In this document: positions 38,130 to 50,645 of the stretch, piece after piece | Layout of the letters: each line of letters opens with the position of its first letter | How positions within the stretch are numbered: position 1 is the first letter of the stretch | Assembly: GCA_964016885.1 (NCBI GenBank) | Contig: OZ024740.1 | Span: 78,864,001 to 78,928,000 of the forward strand | DNA length: 64,000 nt | Origin: Eledone cirrhosa | Taxonomy: Eukaryota | Reading direction: 5' to 3' | Position numbers and translations under genes: made by a program | The notes under the pieces: generated by a model | Database searches by the model: none | Told to the model about the DNA's origin: nothing | What the model saw: the letters and a program-made list of their open reading frames with translations, nothing else

Positions 38130-38720
38130 TGCCTACTTAATCAGCACCTTTTGGCATTTTTTGGCTCTGCCTCACAACCCCACAATGGGGCCTGGTTAAT
38201 GCTACCCTCGCTATGAACTGGTACCCAACTGGACAATGATTGTCTGCACATTGGCGTTTTCCTGAGGCTCTGGATCTGTGAGTCACACAAATGCCACTGC
38301 GTAGCCACTGTGGATGCTTCAGCTTTTATCCACTATCATGTTCTTACAGTACTGAGCACATACCAGGCCATGGTGATAACCCCTGCTCATCTGGACCTGC
38401 AACATGTCATGACACCTTCAGTGGCAACCAGGTATATTTGGTGACATACCCAGGCTTCATTGTCTGACAAGCTGAAGATCAAAACTAATCAAAGTATTGG
38501 TTGCTCTCTGATAAGTTTGTCATTGAACCAGTAGCAGTGGAGACTTCCAGCATTCTTGATCCTCAGATCATTTCCTTACTTACTATTATCAGGGCAGAGT
38601 TGGCCACCCGCAGGAGCCCTGCAAGTTGGAATGGCTATTTCAATGCATCTCCATCACCATCCTCCAAGACAATGCTTTTTCCATTCTATCTGCTGGGATC
38701 ACAAGGAGGCTAGCGCATGG
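38130..38720 (+). mobile_element. CRE-like non-LTR retrotransposon C-terminal relic: zinc knuckle and restriction-like endonuclease
   Basis: Across frameshifts it reads SQPHNGAWL, LDNDCLHIGVFLRL, CESHKCHC.ATVD, ATCHDTF, QAEDQN*SKY.LLSDKFVIEPVAVETS and EWLFQCISITILQDNA. Confidence 0.72.
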
Positions 38721-40144
38721 GGTTCTCCACACTGCCCAGGCCTCTATCATTGGGGTTGAGATGTTTGAGTACTCTTTATTCCAAGTGCTTAGTTAATCTA
38801 GTTATTTAACATAATGATGTTGACAGACTCTAATAGACTTACACTATAAAGCAGCTAAATGTTTCTGCTGTTGAATCTTTTCACAGCTACAAACTATGCC
38901 CTGATTCTCCTAGAATGGCTCATTAATCAAACATTAATCTTGATTAAATGACATTCTCAGAAATAAACTCTGCCAACTGACAGATTTACCTTAATATATT
39001 CTGTCTAATAAAGACAGCAATAAGATTAAGATGTGGACATGTTTTTTACTAAATATTAGTAAAAAGTGATTAGATTTAACTCAATTTTGTAACACGCCTA
39101 TAGATTATTGATAACACCCTTAACAGTCATGACATAGTTTGTAAAGCTCTGCTCTATACGATATGTTATCACCGTCTTCATTATTCCACCTCAGATTTCT
39201 ATACTGGCATTAGTTGGATAAGTCTTCATGGTCCAAGACTAAATGAGTCAGAGAAACATGTTTTGCTCAAATGTTGCAATTTTGGCATAGTTTCTTTAGC
39301 TGGGTTACCTTCTGAATGCCAACCACTTTATAGAGTGTACTAGATGCATTTTATCATAACCTTGGCAGGAAAAAGAGAAGCAAAGAAAGTGTGTGAGGTT
39401 GTTATGAAAGAAATACTTTGGAGGAAGCATTAGTAATTACATGGTGAGGGTGAGAGAAAGAAGAGATAGAGAGAGCAAAAACAAGTATTGGGTGGTTAAT
39501 ATTGTTAGGGTTGTCCTTGTGGCAATGGAATGGAGGTGTCGTTCAAATGTTTGGCGTAGATAGGGAGTGTCTGGCAGATCTCAAAATATTCAAACATTTT
39601 GAAACTTGTGTTTGAAGCATAACTTAACAATGGTTTTTATATAAAGTTATGCAGGAAGGTTTTTAGATAAATACAAACTCTTTAAAACAATCACTTTTAT
39701 TTTATATCATAGAACCTAGGGCAATATCAGGTGTTTTGTTATTAAAGGGTTAATGTCAATGATAGTAATTATAGCATTGGTGTGACATGTCTCTTGATAC
39801 TAAATGAAAAACATCTAAATGACATAACCTCATTGATAATAAACTAGCTTCTATGATAGTTACAGCTTATATCTAATTAGGGCTCCATTAAAATATAGCT
39901 GAGAAATTAAAATCCATTTGAGATGTAGTTTTCCGTGGATATTTGTTTAATTACTGTGTAAACATATGTATAGATATATTCAAGATATAAGATATTGTAG
40001 AAAGCAGTTAAGAGCTCTATTGCGGAGGTTTTAATCCTTTACACACCAACCAAAGCTGCCTCTATTAAAATGTTCAGATTTAAATTCAAATATTGAACTG
40101 TACCCTCATTATTACATCTAGTCTAGTCTAAAGTCTGTCTCATT

Positions 40145-40377
40145 CCAGAAGGCTTATTAGGTTGGTACTTATCCCGGTTGTGTGGCTTGAAGTGACTGAG
40201 AGTACAAGACTCCCCCTTGAACAGGATGCCAGTACATTATTTTCAGCTGAGTATACTGGAGCAACATGAAATGAAGTGTTTTTGCTCAAGAACACAACAC
40301 GCAACCCAGTGCAGGAATTGAACCCTCAACATTTTTATCATAAGTTTAATACCCTTACCACTAGGCCGTGCGACTCC
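40145..40377 (-). mobile_element. CORE-like tRNA SINE, older family
   Basis: Minus strand has a ggcctagtggtaagggt...ggttcaattcc head and a tcttgagcaaaaacacttcatttc core. Confidence 0.75.
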
Positions 40378-40559
40378 ACTATTATCACATGCTAGATGAT
40401 ATTAGATTTTAGAAGTTAACCCAATCTTTGTATGTAAAATTAGTGAGATGGAAACTGGAAGCCTATTAGATGGATTGTACCTGTAATTCAAAGGTTCAGC
40501 CTTGTCACACACTGTTATGCTGAATACATATTTACATATGTAATATGTAATGTATGTTT

Positions 40560-40990
40560 GGACCATCCTCAAATAAGACCTGAAAAGCTCGAGGTGTTCC
40601 AAATGCAATTTCTTTGACAGATCCTTGGTGTCTCTCTACGGAACTGAATCTCAAACAACATCATCCAAAAGCAATGCCAGCAGCAGCAGACCATTGAAAA
40701 CAAAATCTGGCAACATGGGTTACAGTGGTGTGTCCACGTCTGCAGGATGAGCACCAGAAAACTACCACACCAACGTTTGTCATGACAGCAACCATGCAGT
40801 AGAGAATCCAGCACAGTGCACTGAAGAAGACATAGATGAAACAAATTGAGGAGGACCTGAAATTGCAGTACCTCAACCTCAATCATGCTAAGGTCAACGC
40901 TACGGATAGAAAAGCATGGAAGAACATCATCAGAGCCCATCATTCAGTGGCACCCACAACAGTGTACTGGTTGAGAGGACAGCCTCTCCC
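40560..40990 (+). mobile_element. RTE-clade LINE 3' coding relic
   Basis: KLEVFQMQFL*QILGVSLRN*ISN...LQWCVHVCRM..RKLP. Confidence 0.75.
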
Positions 40991-41600
40991 AACCACCAGC
41001 TAGAGATTGAAGAAGTGTGTTTGTGAGCAAATAGATTTGATTTCTTAAGTTTTCATTTTTTTTAACATTTGAATTAAAGAAAATATATACTTCTCCCTCT
41101 CCTCATGAATACTTTAGTGTAGGTGTATTTTTTAATTATATGAAAAAATGCAGTGAAGGTGGAGAAATATTGAATTACTGAAATAATTTAAATAAAGTGT
41201 GAACGAACGCTAATATGCCATCTTTATTTATGTTTCCTTTAAAAGTGATTAGCCTAGTGTAATTGTCGACTAAAATTACATCATGGGAATTGAAGGATTG
41301 ACCAATGGTGTTATGGAGGGGAGATACTAACATACTAATTGTAGATGGAATTTCTTTTTACTTTCAATGCTTTTAATATCTCTTCAGTTGATTTTATAGT
41401 TTGTTTCTTTTTAAATATGCTTGAGAAAATTCTTTAAAATATCCTTTCCTTCCTTCTTTAAGTCAATTTTTCTTTTAGTGTATAAACATTCAGGATATCC
41501 TTTTCATATATGAAGTGTTTCACTAAAAGTTTGTTTTTAAATGAGAGGTTAACTAGTTTGTTGACTGAAATTCTCATTTAAGCCCCTCCCTCCTTTCCCA

Positions 41601-41653
<53 letters not shown>

Positions 41654-42324
41654 AATCACTTACAGATTATTGACACCAATAACTATTAAAACTTTCTAAA
41701 CCATTCAAAATATTCATATATCATGAGCAATTTTCATGTTTATTTTGCCATGCTGGTATGGCTTACAATTTACGTAATAAAACAAATATTTTCAAATAGT
41801 TTCATATGTGGTAACTCAACTACTTTTTAGTTTTTCTAAAACATGAGTCAATTCCCTAACTAATCATTTAACAAAAAGCAAGGATAAAAGTTAATAACTT
41901 TCATCAATTCATTTACTCATCTCACTTAAACCACATTAGTTTAATAATTAATGACCACCCAGCAGATTCCTACATTATCTTTAAACTATTTCTAACTTTT
42001 TAAGCTTTGATATCAATAGCTTCTTTATAATCTCTATTGAAAACTGTTACATCAAAAGTTTTGCTTTCTCATTCCCCCACCATGGTAATTTACTATGTTA
42101 TTTGCTTATCTGAACACCCTCAACCAGAAACATTTTAAACATTAAATATATATATATATTTTTTTGTTTTACATTGGAACAGGAATAGGCTCAGACACAG
42201 CTACATAGACACTTTCACTTCACAACCACTTGGTTCAGAGTTCTATCTCACTGCATGACATCTTGAACAGACTAACTAATGTTTTGTGAGTAAATTTGGT
42301 ATGTGAAAACTGTCAGGAAGCTTG

Positions 42325-42372
<48 letters not shown>

Positions 42373-42969
42373 ATGCATGCCAGTCTGTGTTTTTATATGA
42401 TCTGGTCTCTTCCCATCCTCATTGCTGAGGGTGGAGGACCATGGACAATTGCACTAATGCTCATCTTTATGATGCTGCATATCCATGACTCTCATTGGGA
42501 AAATGTGACATTGGTGGGCCCCAAATCTTTGACTGACCATTACTTGGAAGCTGACTATTAAGCAGCAGCTTATCTACCTTCATCATAAGGAAACCCATCT
42601 ACCTCAGTTTTGAAATCAGAGCAATCCTTTCTCATAGAAAGACTGCAAACCAAGGCTAATAAGCTCTGCCAACATTTTGTTGACTTTCTCTGAGTTCTTC
42701 TTCATTTTGACGGGTTTTGTTTTTCATCCAAAAATCACCCTCCTCACTTAACAAATTTTGTGGGATTATCAGTTTAGTTGCCAGTGACCTGACCATGTGA
42801 CAGGTTTCGGGAGTTTACACATTTTTATACCTACTCTGCATCTCCCCATGTATTGAGTACTCCCATGATTAGTGGTCTCCTTGGTTTCAGTGCCGCAGAC
42901 TCTCTCTCTCTCTAACCCATGCTAGCGTGAAAAATGGACGTTAAACGAAGATGATGATGATATATATAT

Positions 42970-43097
42970 ATAGGAACGAGTAGGACCCCGACGGCTGAGC
43001 TGAAGCCGTTTCGACGGCTAATTCTGGACTAAATTTAGTCCAGAATTAACCGTCATAACGGCTTGAGCTCAGCCGTCGGGGTCCTACTTGTTCCTAT
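42970..43097. repeat. 128-bp loopless palindrome
   Basis: Centre lies between 43033 and 43034; about 5 mismatches between the arms. Confidence 0.95.
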
Positions 43098-46000
43098 TAC
43101 CCACTCTACTACCCTAAGTATTGAGTACTTTGGTGCATTATGGTCCATCTGGTTCCTTACCACATTTCCTTTATTTTATATATATATATATATATATATA
43201 TTTATTAAAATAACAGATTAAAGTTTAAGCAAAGAATTGCTGCTTACACCCTTAACGGGATCTTCTGAATATTTGCTCTACGGTTCTTATATATTTGATA
43301 TATATTTATCCTTATCGAGCCCTCTTTGGATTTTAGTCTTCAAATTTATTATTATTACTATATATATATATATTATTGGTTTAGACTGGGGGAAGGTAAT
43401 GGTGCCAATTACTTCAGCAGACCAGTAAAGCTTATGCAGCTAATGTTTCTCTTGAACAGTTGCAAATTGACAGCTGCAGGAAAAGCCTGCAAGGAGGGAA
43501 TTCTAGTGTACTTTTGTTCTGAGAATGAAGGATTTGACATAGTGTTTAGTGTGGGCCAATATAGACGATAAGAGGAGTAGAGATAAGTGTTGTTAGGCGC
43601 AGAGGTCACTGCCATTTGAAACAGCAGAGAAAGGAGACTGCACATCTTTGGGCAAGATGCTGGAGTGTGTTGGTCAGCAACTTTGTGCCAATAAGTCAGG
43701 TGGTCTTTCCTTGGATATAGTCTCTGACGCCTGTGTATATGTGTATCTCATTGGTGCCATAGATGTGTGCAGGGCTTAACTCCCCTTCAATGTGTTGGAA
43801 ATAGATACAGCTTATTTGTGTTGACTGCAGTAATTATTTTATTAACTTTAGTTCAGCAATGGTGTCTTTCGTAATCTATATACACATTTCTGTGATTCTG
43901 TCACAATACATAAAGAGAGGAATAGTTTGACTACCTCATACTACTCTCTCTTTACATCTGCTGCCTGTGTGAATGTATGTGTGTAAAAGGAAGGAAGTGG
44001 ATGGTGAAAAAACTACTCTCTTTACAACAAAAACAAGGTGCTGCTACCACTGTTGTTATGACTACCTCATACTACTCCTCTCTCTTTACGTCTGATGTAA
44101 GAAATAGCAGACAATAAGTGGAGAATATAAAAATATTATAAACTAATTGTTTTCTTCTTCCGTGGTCGATTTTCTACATACATGTCAGTGTATGGAAAAC
44201 AATTCTAGTTATTTTAATAATTTAATAATACCCTGGAATATATTGTTGTTGTTTTTAATACATTCCTCTTTATCCATAGTGATGAACTGATTACTGTTAT
44301 CATTTTTACAACTTGTGACTGATTCATTGTTTTTCAATTGTTTCAAGACTAGTTTTTCATTAACTCTTTCTTCCCTGATGGCTGCCACTGCCACCACTAA
44401 TTATCTCCCTGAACAGCATTATGATTTTTTGACACCAGTAATGCACTGGGTAATTGCTGGCCTTGTGCCTAAAGTAGAAACAATTATGATTTTTTGACAC
44501 TGTTCTCTAAGCCAAATAGTGAATATTGATAGTTATTTAATATCTGTACCAAAATTGCTTTAAGTTTATACATAATAAAGATAAAACCATGAAATTTTCA
44601 GTGAAGTTTCAAAACTAACTTGTTTAAAGGATATTGCTAAAAAAGTTCATTACATTTACATTTTGTTAGATTAAATAAACAATTTAATATCATAAAATAT
44701 GAGCAGAAATATGGAAAAAAAAACATTATTTTCTTTAACTCTTAACATATATATTTAATGGAAATGTTCAAGATGATACAGCTTGTAACAGCTGGTGCAG
44801 AGGTGCCCTTTGCAGTTTACACTCTGTTTTTTATTTCCTTCTAATGTTCTGTTTGGAACACTGTTTATGTTTTTTTTTCTTCTCAAAACTACAGGCCAGT
44901 GCATGGCACCTTGAACCAGGGGAACTTCTTGGGACTTTTTTCTTTTATAAAAATAGTCACTGATTAGTTGATTCATTCTGAAAACCAACTGAATATTTTT
45001 TTTTTTGTTTTTGACTGTTTTTAGATAGGAGCTTATGATTTGGTGACTCTTTCATCATACTTTGCAGTATTCATTCTAAGTTCAAATCTTGCCAAGGTCA
45101 ACTTTGCCTTTCAGTTTTTTGAGGTCAATAAAAGAAGTACCTGTTCAGTAGTGGAGTTGATTCTTCCTCTATATCTCTTTTTCACTTCCACCCTCTCACT
45201 CCTATCCTTCTCTGAAAGAAATTGGCTGTGTTCAGACTTGGAGAGTGATAGGTTCTGACAGGTTTACAGTACACAACACATGCCATATCTGACAATGGTG
45301 CCCCTACAACTCCATCAGAAGTTACAGGTCCATGCATGCATATATTTATATGCTAGAATATTATAAACGTTCAGCTGCAATATATTGTTTTCACTATTTT
45401 CTTTTTAATAGTTTTGTTGAATTTATATCAACTATAGTTTCTTTGATATATAATGTTTATTCAATAGTTTCTATGTTGGCAGTATAATTATATTCTTCTT
45501 CTTATGTGTTGTAATGAAGAATAAACTACTCATATAACATTTGCAGCTGTACTACTAGTACCTCTGAACTCATAGTACAAGTTTGTTTTGATATGGATCT
45601 GTATTTGTAATTCTGACTAGATTAGGTATCTACTAACAGAAAATGTACTCATTCTAGGTTTTATGTAACTCAGTTCACACCAAATACAAGAGGTCTTTGG
45701 GTGAGTTTTGTTCTGTACTAAAGTGTTATTGTGATGTTTAGTAAAGTCTCCCCAATGAAATGTTATCTTGTTTTCATTGTCAACAGGCAGCAGTTAAATA
45801 GAACTGAATATTTTAAACATCAAATAAATATTTAATAGCTGTTAGATCTTTCTAAAATTGTTCTGCAAAAATTTGAGTCTTTTATTCCATCCTTTTTCTT
45901 TATTCATTTTTCTTTTCTTCTCCTTTTTTTAAAATACTAGTTTGTCTTTAGACTGTGGCCATACTGAAGCACCCCTTTCAATGAATTTTAGTTGGTTATA

Positions 46001-46708
46001 TCAAACCCCAGCACTTCTCTTTAAAAGTTAGGAACTTATTTTTTTTTTGTTGATTGCTTAGTTATAGGACATGTACACAGACACACATATATTTAACACT
46101 GTCTTTCCTAACACGGGTTGGGTGGGTCTTCACAAACCAAATCAGCACTCAAGCAGAGTTACTGACCTCTGAGATGGGCTGGAGTGGGATGCTACATCTC
46201 ACTAACATTCTTATGCTTTACTGAGAGCATTTTATTGTGATACCAGCACTAAAAAGATTGTCATGCCTTTGACACAGCTGAAGAGTCATCACAACCCTTT
46301 GTTTGGCAGGTCTACTACAGTTGGATGCCTTCCTATTACCAACTGCTTTACAGGGTGCATTATGTGCATTTAACGCTAGGGTGATTATCATATCTTTGAT
46401 ATAACTGAAGAGTTCTTCCAGCCCTTTGTTTGGCAAGCTATTGTCAGGTGCCCTTCCTATCACTGACCACTGTAGAGCATGTACTGAATACAATATTCCT
46501 GGACATAGAACATATAACATTAAAGTTTCTTGTATGTTATCTTCTGATTTATCTCTAGCGTAGACTTGGGATATTTAGTTATGTATTATATATATATAGC
46601 CACCTCTTTACCATTACCCTCTCCGCCCTCTTAATCTCCTATCATGCTCTTGCTCCTTTTTCCATTGCTTGTTGCCATTTCTGTTACTTTTTTATTACTG
46701 CACCCCCA

Positions 46709-46711
<3 letters not shown>

Positions 46712-46785
<74 letters not shown>
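46712..46785. repeat. (CT)n microsatellite
   Basis: Read directly. Similar tracts are (CT)n at ~41607-41653 and (GT)n at ~42327-42370. Confidence 0.97.
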
Positions 46786-46789
<4 letters not shown>

Positions 46790-49700
46790 TTCCATATCAT
46801 GCTTCTGCTCATTTCACCCACTCAATTTTCTCCTCCATATTGAGCACAAATAATGTAGAGTAGTGGGTACTCTTTAATCTTAAATGATACAAGGCAATTT
46901 CACATGTGCTGATGCCATCATAAAGTCCACTCTCTAAAGTGGCAGGTGATCCAACAGAGGGAATGTAGTATAAAGAGAATCCCTTAGATATAACAACTTC
47001 TAGTACTGGTACCACAATAAAATGCACCCAGTGTTAGGAAGGCTTTATATACCAGGCCAAAAATGGAACATACAAGCAAGACATGGTCCCTTAACCCATC
47101 TAGGAGGGCACTAACTTCAAATAAAAACTGGCTTGGACTGTAACAATCCATCCAACCCATGCCAGCTTGGAAATTATAGCAGTAGGGGTTAGAGTTTTCT
47201 CCCTATATTAGGTGATACAGTTTCATGTGGAACAGGACTTTGAGTTTTACAATTCTCTTGAACTAAAACAAAATAGTTCCTGATTGTATATATTCCAGAA
47301 CTGTGTATGATGCAGGGGTGCCCATTGTTTTTTTTTATCTCCAATCATACATATAATATGTCAAAAGTTTACATTATATAGGCATAACATAGTAAATATT
47401 TCATTTAAATAGGAAAAACTATTTTCAAAGACAGACTTGTTTAGTTAAGTTTTGTTTATATGACAATAGCTTATAACTTAGAAAATTTATTGTGGAATGC
47501 TAACATTTTAACATTGAAAACATACAGTATCTAAAACATAGGTTATTAAAGGATTTTAACAAAGAAAGGTATTAAAACTGGGGAACAAGATTTAGGTTAC
47601 TGATATGGTAATTGTCTTTATTGCTAACATCACCATGGCGGCCAACAATGTTTTAATGCTCCTTGCAGGTATTGGTTAGCTGGTTTTTGCTGTACAACAT
47701 ATTGCAGTTTCTTTTTGGTCTTTTGTTATTTCTACTATGAAACTCAATATCCTATTTCTGGCTGTAATCAGTCATAGAAAATAGTATGGTGTATTTGGTG
47801 TTAGTTCAGATTATACTGGTGTTTTTTATATATTTATTCATATTTTTTTTTATTAGTAGGTGTTGGTGTATAAGATTTATTTAATTCTTATTCGTAATTA
47901 TTGGTGGATAAAATTTAATTTGTTACATTACTTTTTTTGACCTACAATAGGTGACTGCTTGGAATTTACTGATTGATGGAAATTATAATAATCATGTGTT
48001 TGTGTGTTTGGATATACAAACATGAGAAAATACTACTCATTTAAATTAACACATTCAGGATACTAGTAATAGAAATTCATATATTGAATTCAATTAACCC
48101 ATCCATTACCATATTTTAAATAAAAATGTTGCCAATGATTTTCAAACAATTTTTATAATAATCAAGAGTTTGAAAGAATTTAGTATTGTAACACTAATTT
48201 TCTCATTAATTAAGTTGGTGTTTGTAAATAAAATTTTGGTAGACTGTTTTTAGATAATATAATCACTTGAAAACAAGCAGTTTTGTTTTGTAGAACCAGA
48301 AGCATTTCCAGGCAGTTTGGTATTAAAAAAGTTGATATAAAAAAAAAATAAGAAAAGAACATAGTTTAAGTGAAGTTTAAGTAATTAGCTTCAGTCTAAA
48401 ACAGTTTTGTCAGGGATATTATAGAAATCTACAGAAGTAGGTTTTGTAGCTCAGTAATAATTTTTGACAGCAGAAACTATGAACTTTTGCTGTACAAATG
48501 ACCTTTTTACAGTATAAAATGGCAAACTCAATTACCATTAATCAAATATCGCCAAATTATCTGTTAATTATTCAAAGTAAATTTAACAACATTCTTTTAC
48601 TGTGGAGAAATTCTAATGTTCTCCAGTTATCTTGAAAGAAATGGCAAAAAGAAAAGAAGCCTGAAAAATGTTAAGAGTTATGCAGTTATGTTTTAGAAGA
48701 AATATTCTTATTTAACCAAATTACTGTTGCTCTAATTTTTTCATTCACAAATAACTTTTAGAAATTAACTGTAAATTATTTTGTTCAATTTTCAATTTAC
48801 TCATAAAAAGTATACTTCACTTAAAAAAAACTCTTATTTAGGAATCATGCTCAGGATCATTTTAACACCCCCATGATTGGATGAGGGAGGGAAGAAGATA
48901 TTCTCAAACCTGATATCTGGCATAAATGCCTACAACAGAGTGGATACCATTATAGACACCCAAGGGCCAGATGGTGGTGTTAAACTAGGTGATGGTTAAG
49001 TATACCATCCAAGCAGGCTATGCTGAGGTTCAAACTCAGAACGTAAAGAACCAGATCAAGTATCACAAGGCATTTTATCTTATACTATTACAGTTCTACC
49101 AATCCAGAACCCTTGGACTGGTACTTTATTTTATTAACCCCAAAAAGATGAAAGGCAAAGTTGAACTCAGCAGGATTTTAAATCAGAGTAAGATATTTTG
49201 TCTCATGAAAAGGTTAAGAGCCTCCACTACAGAATCAATTTCACATATATTATGCAAATATTCAAGCTTGCAAAAATAATATCCATCCTTGGGCTTTTAA
49301 CTCATCATGGCATCGTGGCGTCATCTTTGGCATTTAAACCTATTGGAACCCACTCTTCTTCAGGTTTGAACATAGGTGATTTCTTCCAGACAAAGATAGA
49401 GAGGAAATGAGGATAAGATATAGAGAAATAATTGACTCCAGTATTGAACTGGTACTTTATTTACCATGAAAAACCGAAAGGCTAAGTTGACCTCAGTATG
49501 ATTCAAGTTCAGAGCATAGATAGCTGGAGCAAATACTGCAAAGCATTCTGTGTGATGTTCTAAAAACTCTGCCATTTTGCCACCTTGGAATACTATATAT
49601 GAAACTATAAAAGAAAAAGAAAATAGACAAGGTGGAAATTTGTGGAAATAATTTTAGTATTTAACAATTCTATATATGAAAATTTATCCACTAAATTATT

Positions 49701-50009
49701 TTGAAAACAGTATTTACCTATACATTCTTATAACTTTTCCATTCTGGTATGGGTTGGATGAAACTTTTTTGAGGTAGTATTCTACGAACAGATGCATTTC
49801 TTGATGTCAACTCATATTTATTTTTAAGTAAGGAACTGATCTTTGGACATTGAGCCACTAAGTTGTGGGACATTAATATTACTGCCTGTCCAATCAGTGT
49901 CAATACAAAGACTGACAGACAGACACACACTAAACAGGCTTTTGCATAGTCTCCACCTACTAATTTTATTCACAAAACATGTCTTGAGGGTGGGAACTTA
50001 ATTTACAAT

Positions 50010-50645
50010 CTTTTCTTCTCTGGCCGCTTATTCCTGACAGGGTTGTGGGGGCAGAGGTCTCAAACACTCCTTCCAGTGGGTCCTGTCAGAAGTAATCATC
50101 TCTAATTGATCCGGCTAGATCTCCAAGTGAGACCAGACTAGCTCATGGATGTTATCTAACAGTCTTGCTCTTGCTCAAGGTCTACCCCTGGGTCTCCTGC
50201 CAGGTGATTTTCCTGTAAAATCTGTTCAGCGATTCTTTCCACATTCCCATAGTATGAGAGCTGTGATCTCTCAATACTGAGAAGTAGCAACTCTACCTGG
50301 AGCGACTCTCTGATCTCCAAGCTACGCCCTCTATCAAGTAACATTACCACAAACACTCTTTGGAGGAACCTCATTTTGGCCACTTGTATTCTTATGTGTT
50401 TATATTTTATTAAGCTGTGTGAATATTTGGTTGACTGTACTGAATCTGGAGCAAAAGTCACACTGTTCATCAGTTAGCTTGGACTTGACAATCACCCTAC
50501 ATCTCTTTGTCAGACTCTTAGCACAGTCTTAACAAGGAGATCTATCTATAATTGGAGCAGTCTCTCTTGTCTCGCTTTTTGAAAATTGGGATTACCATCC
50601 TTGATTGCTATTGCTTAGGTACCTTTCCAGAGATCCAGGCCACCT
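50010..50645 (-). mobile_element. Internally deleted RTE-clade LINE related to 20205-20900
   Basis: VAWISGKVP..VIPIFKKRDKRDCSNYR...EQC.F..STVNQIF is joined to RIQVAKMRFLQRV...IRESLQVELLLLSIERSQL.YYG. Confidence 0.82.

Noticed and set aside
50470-50645. Segment shared with 20570-20755, first read as a conserved 5' UTR or ribozyme
   Set aside because: It translates on the minus strand as the RTE RT N-terminal motifs (IPIFKK..CSNYR).
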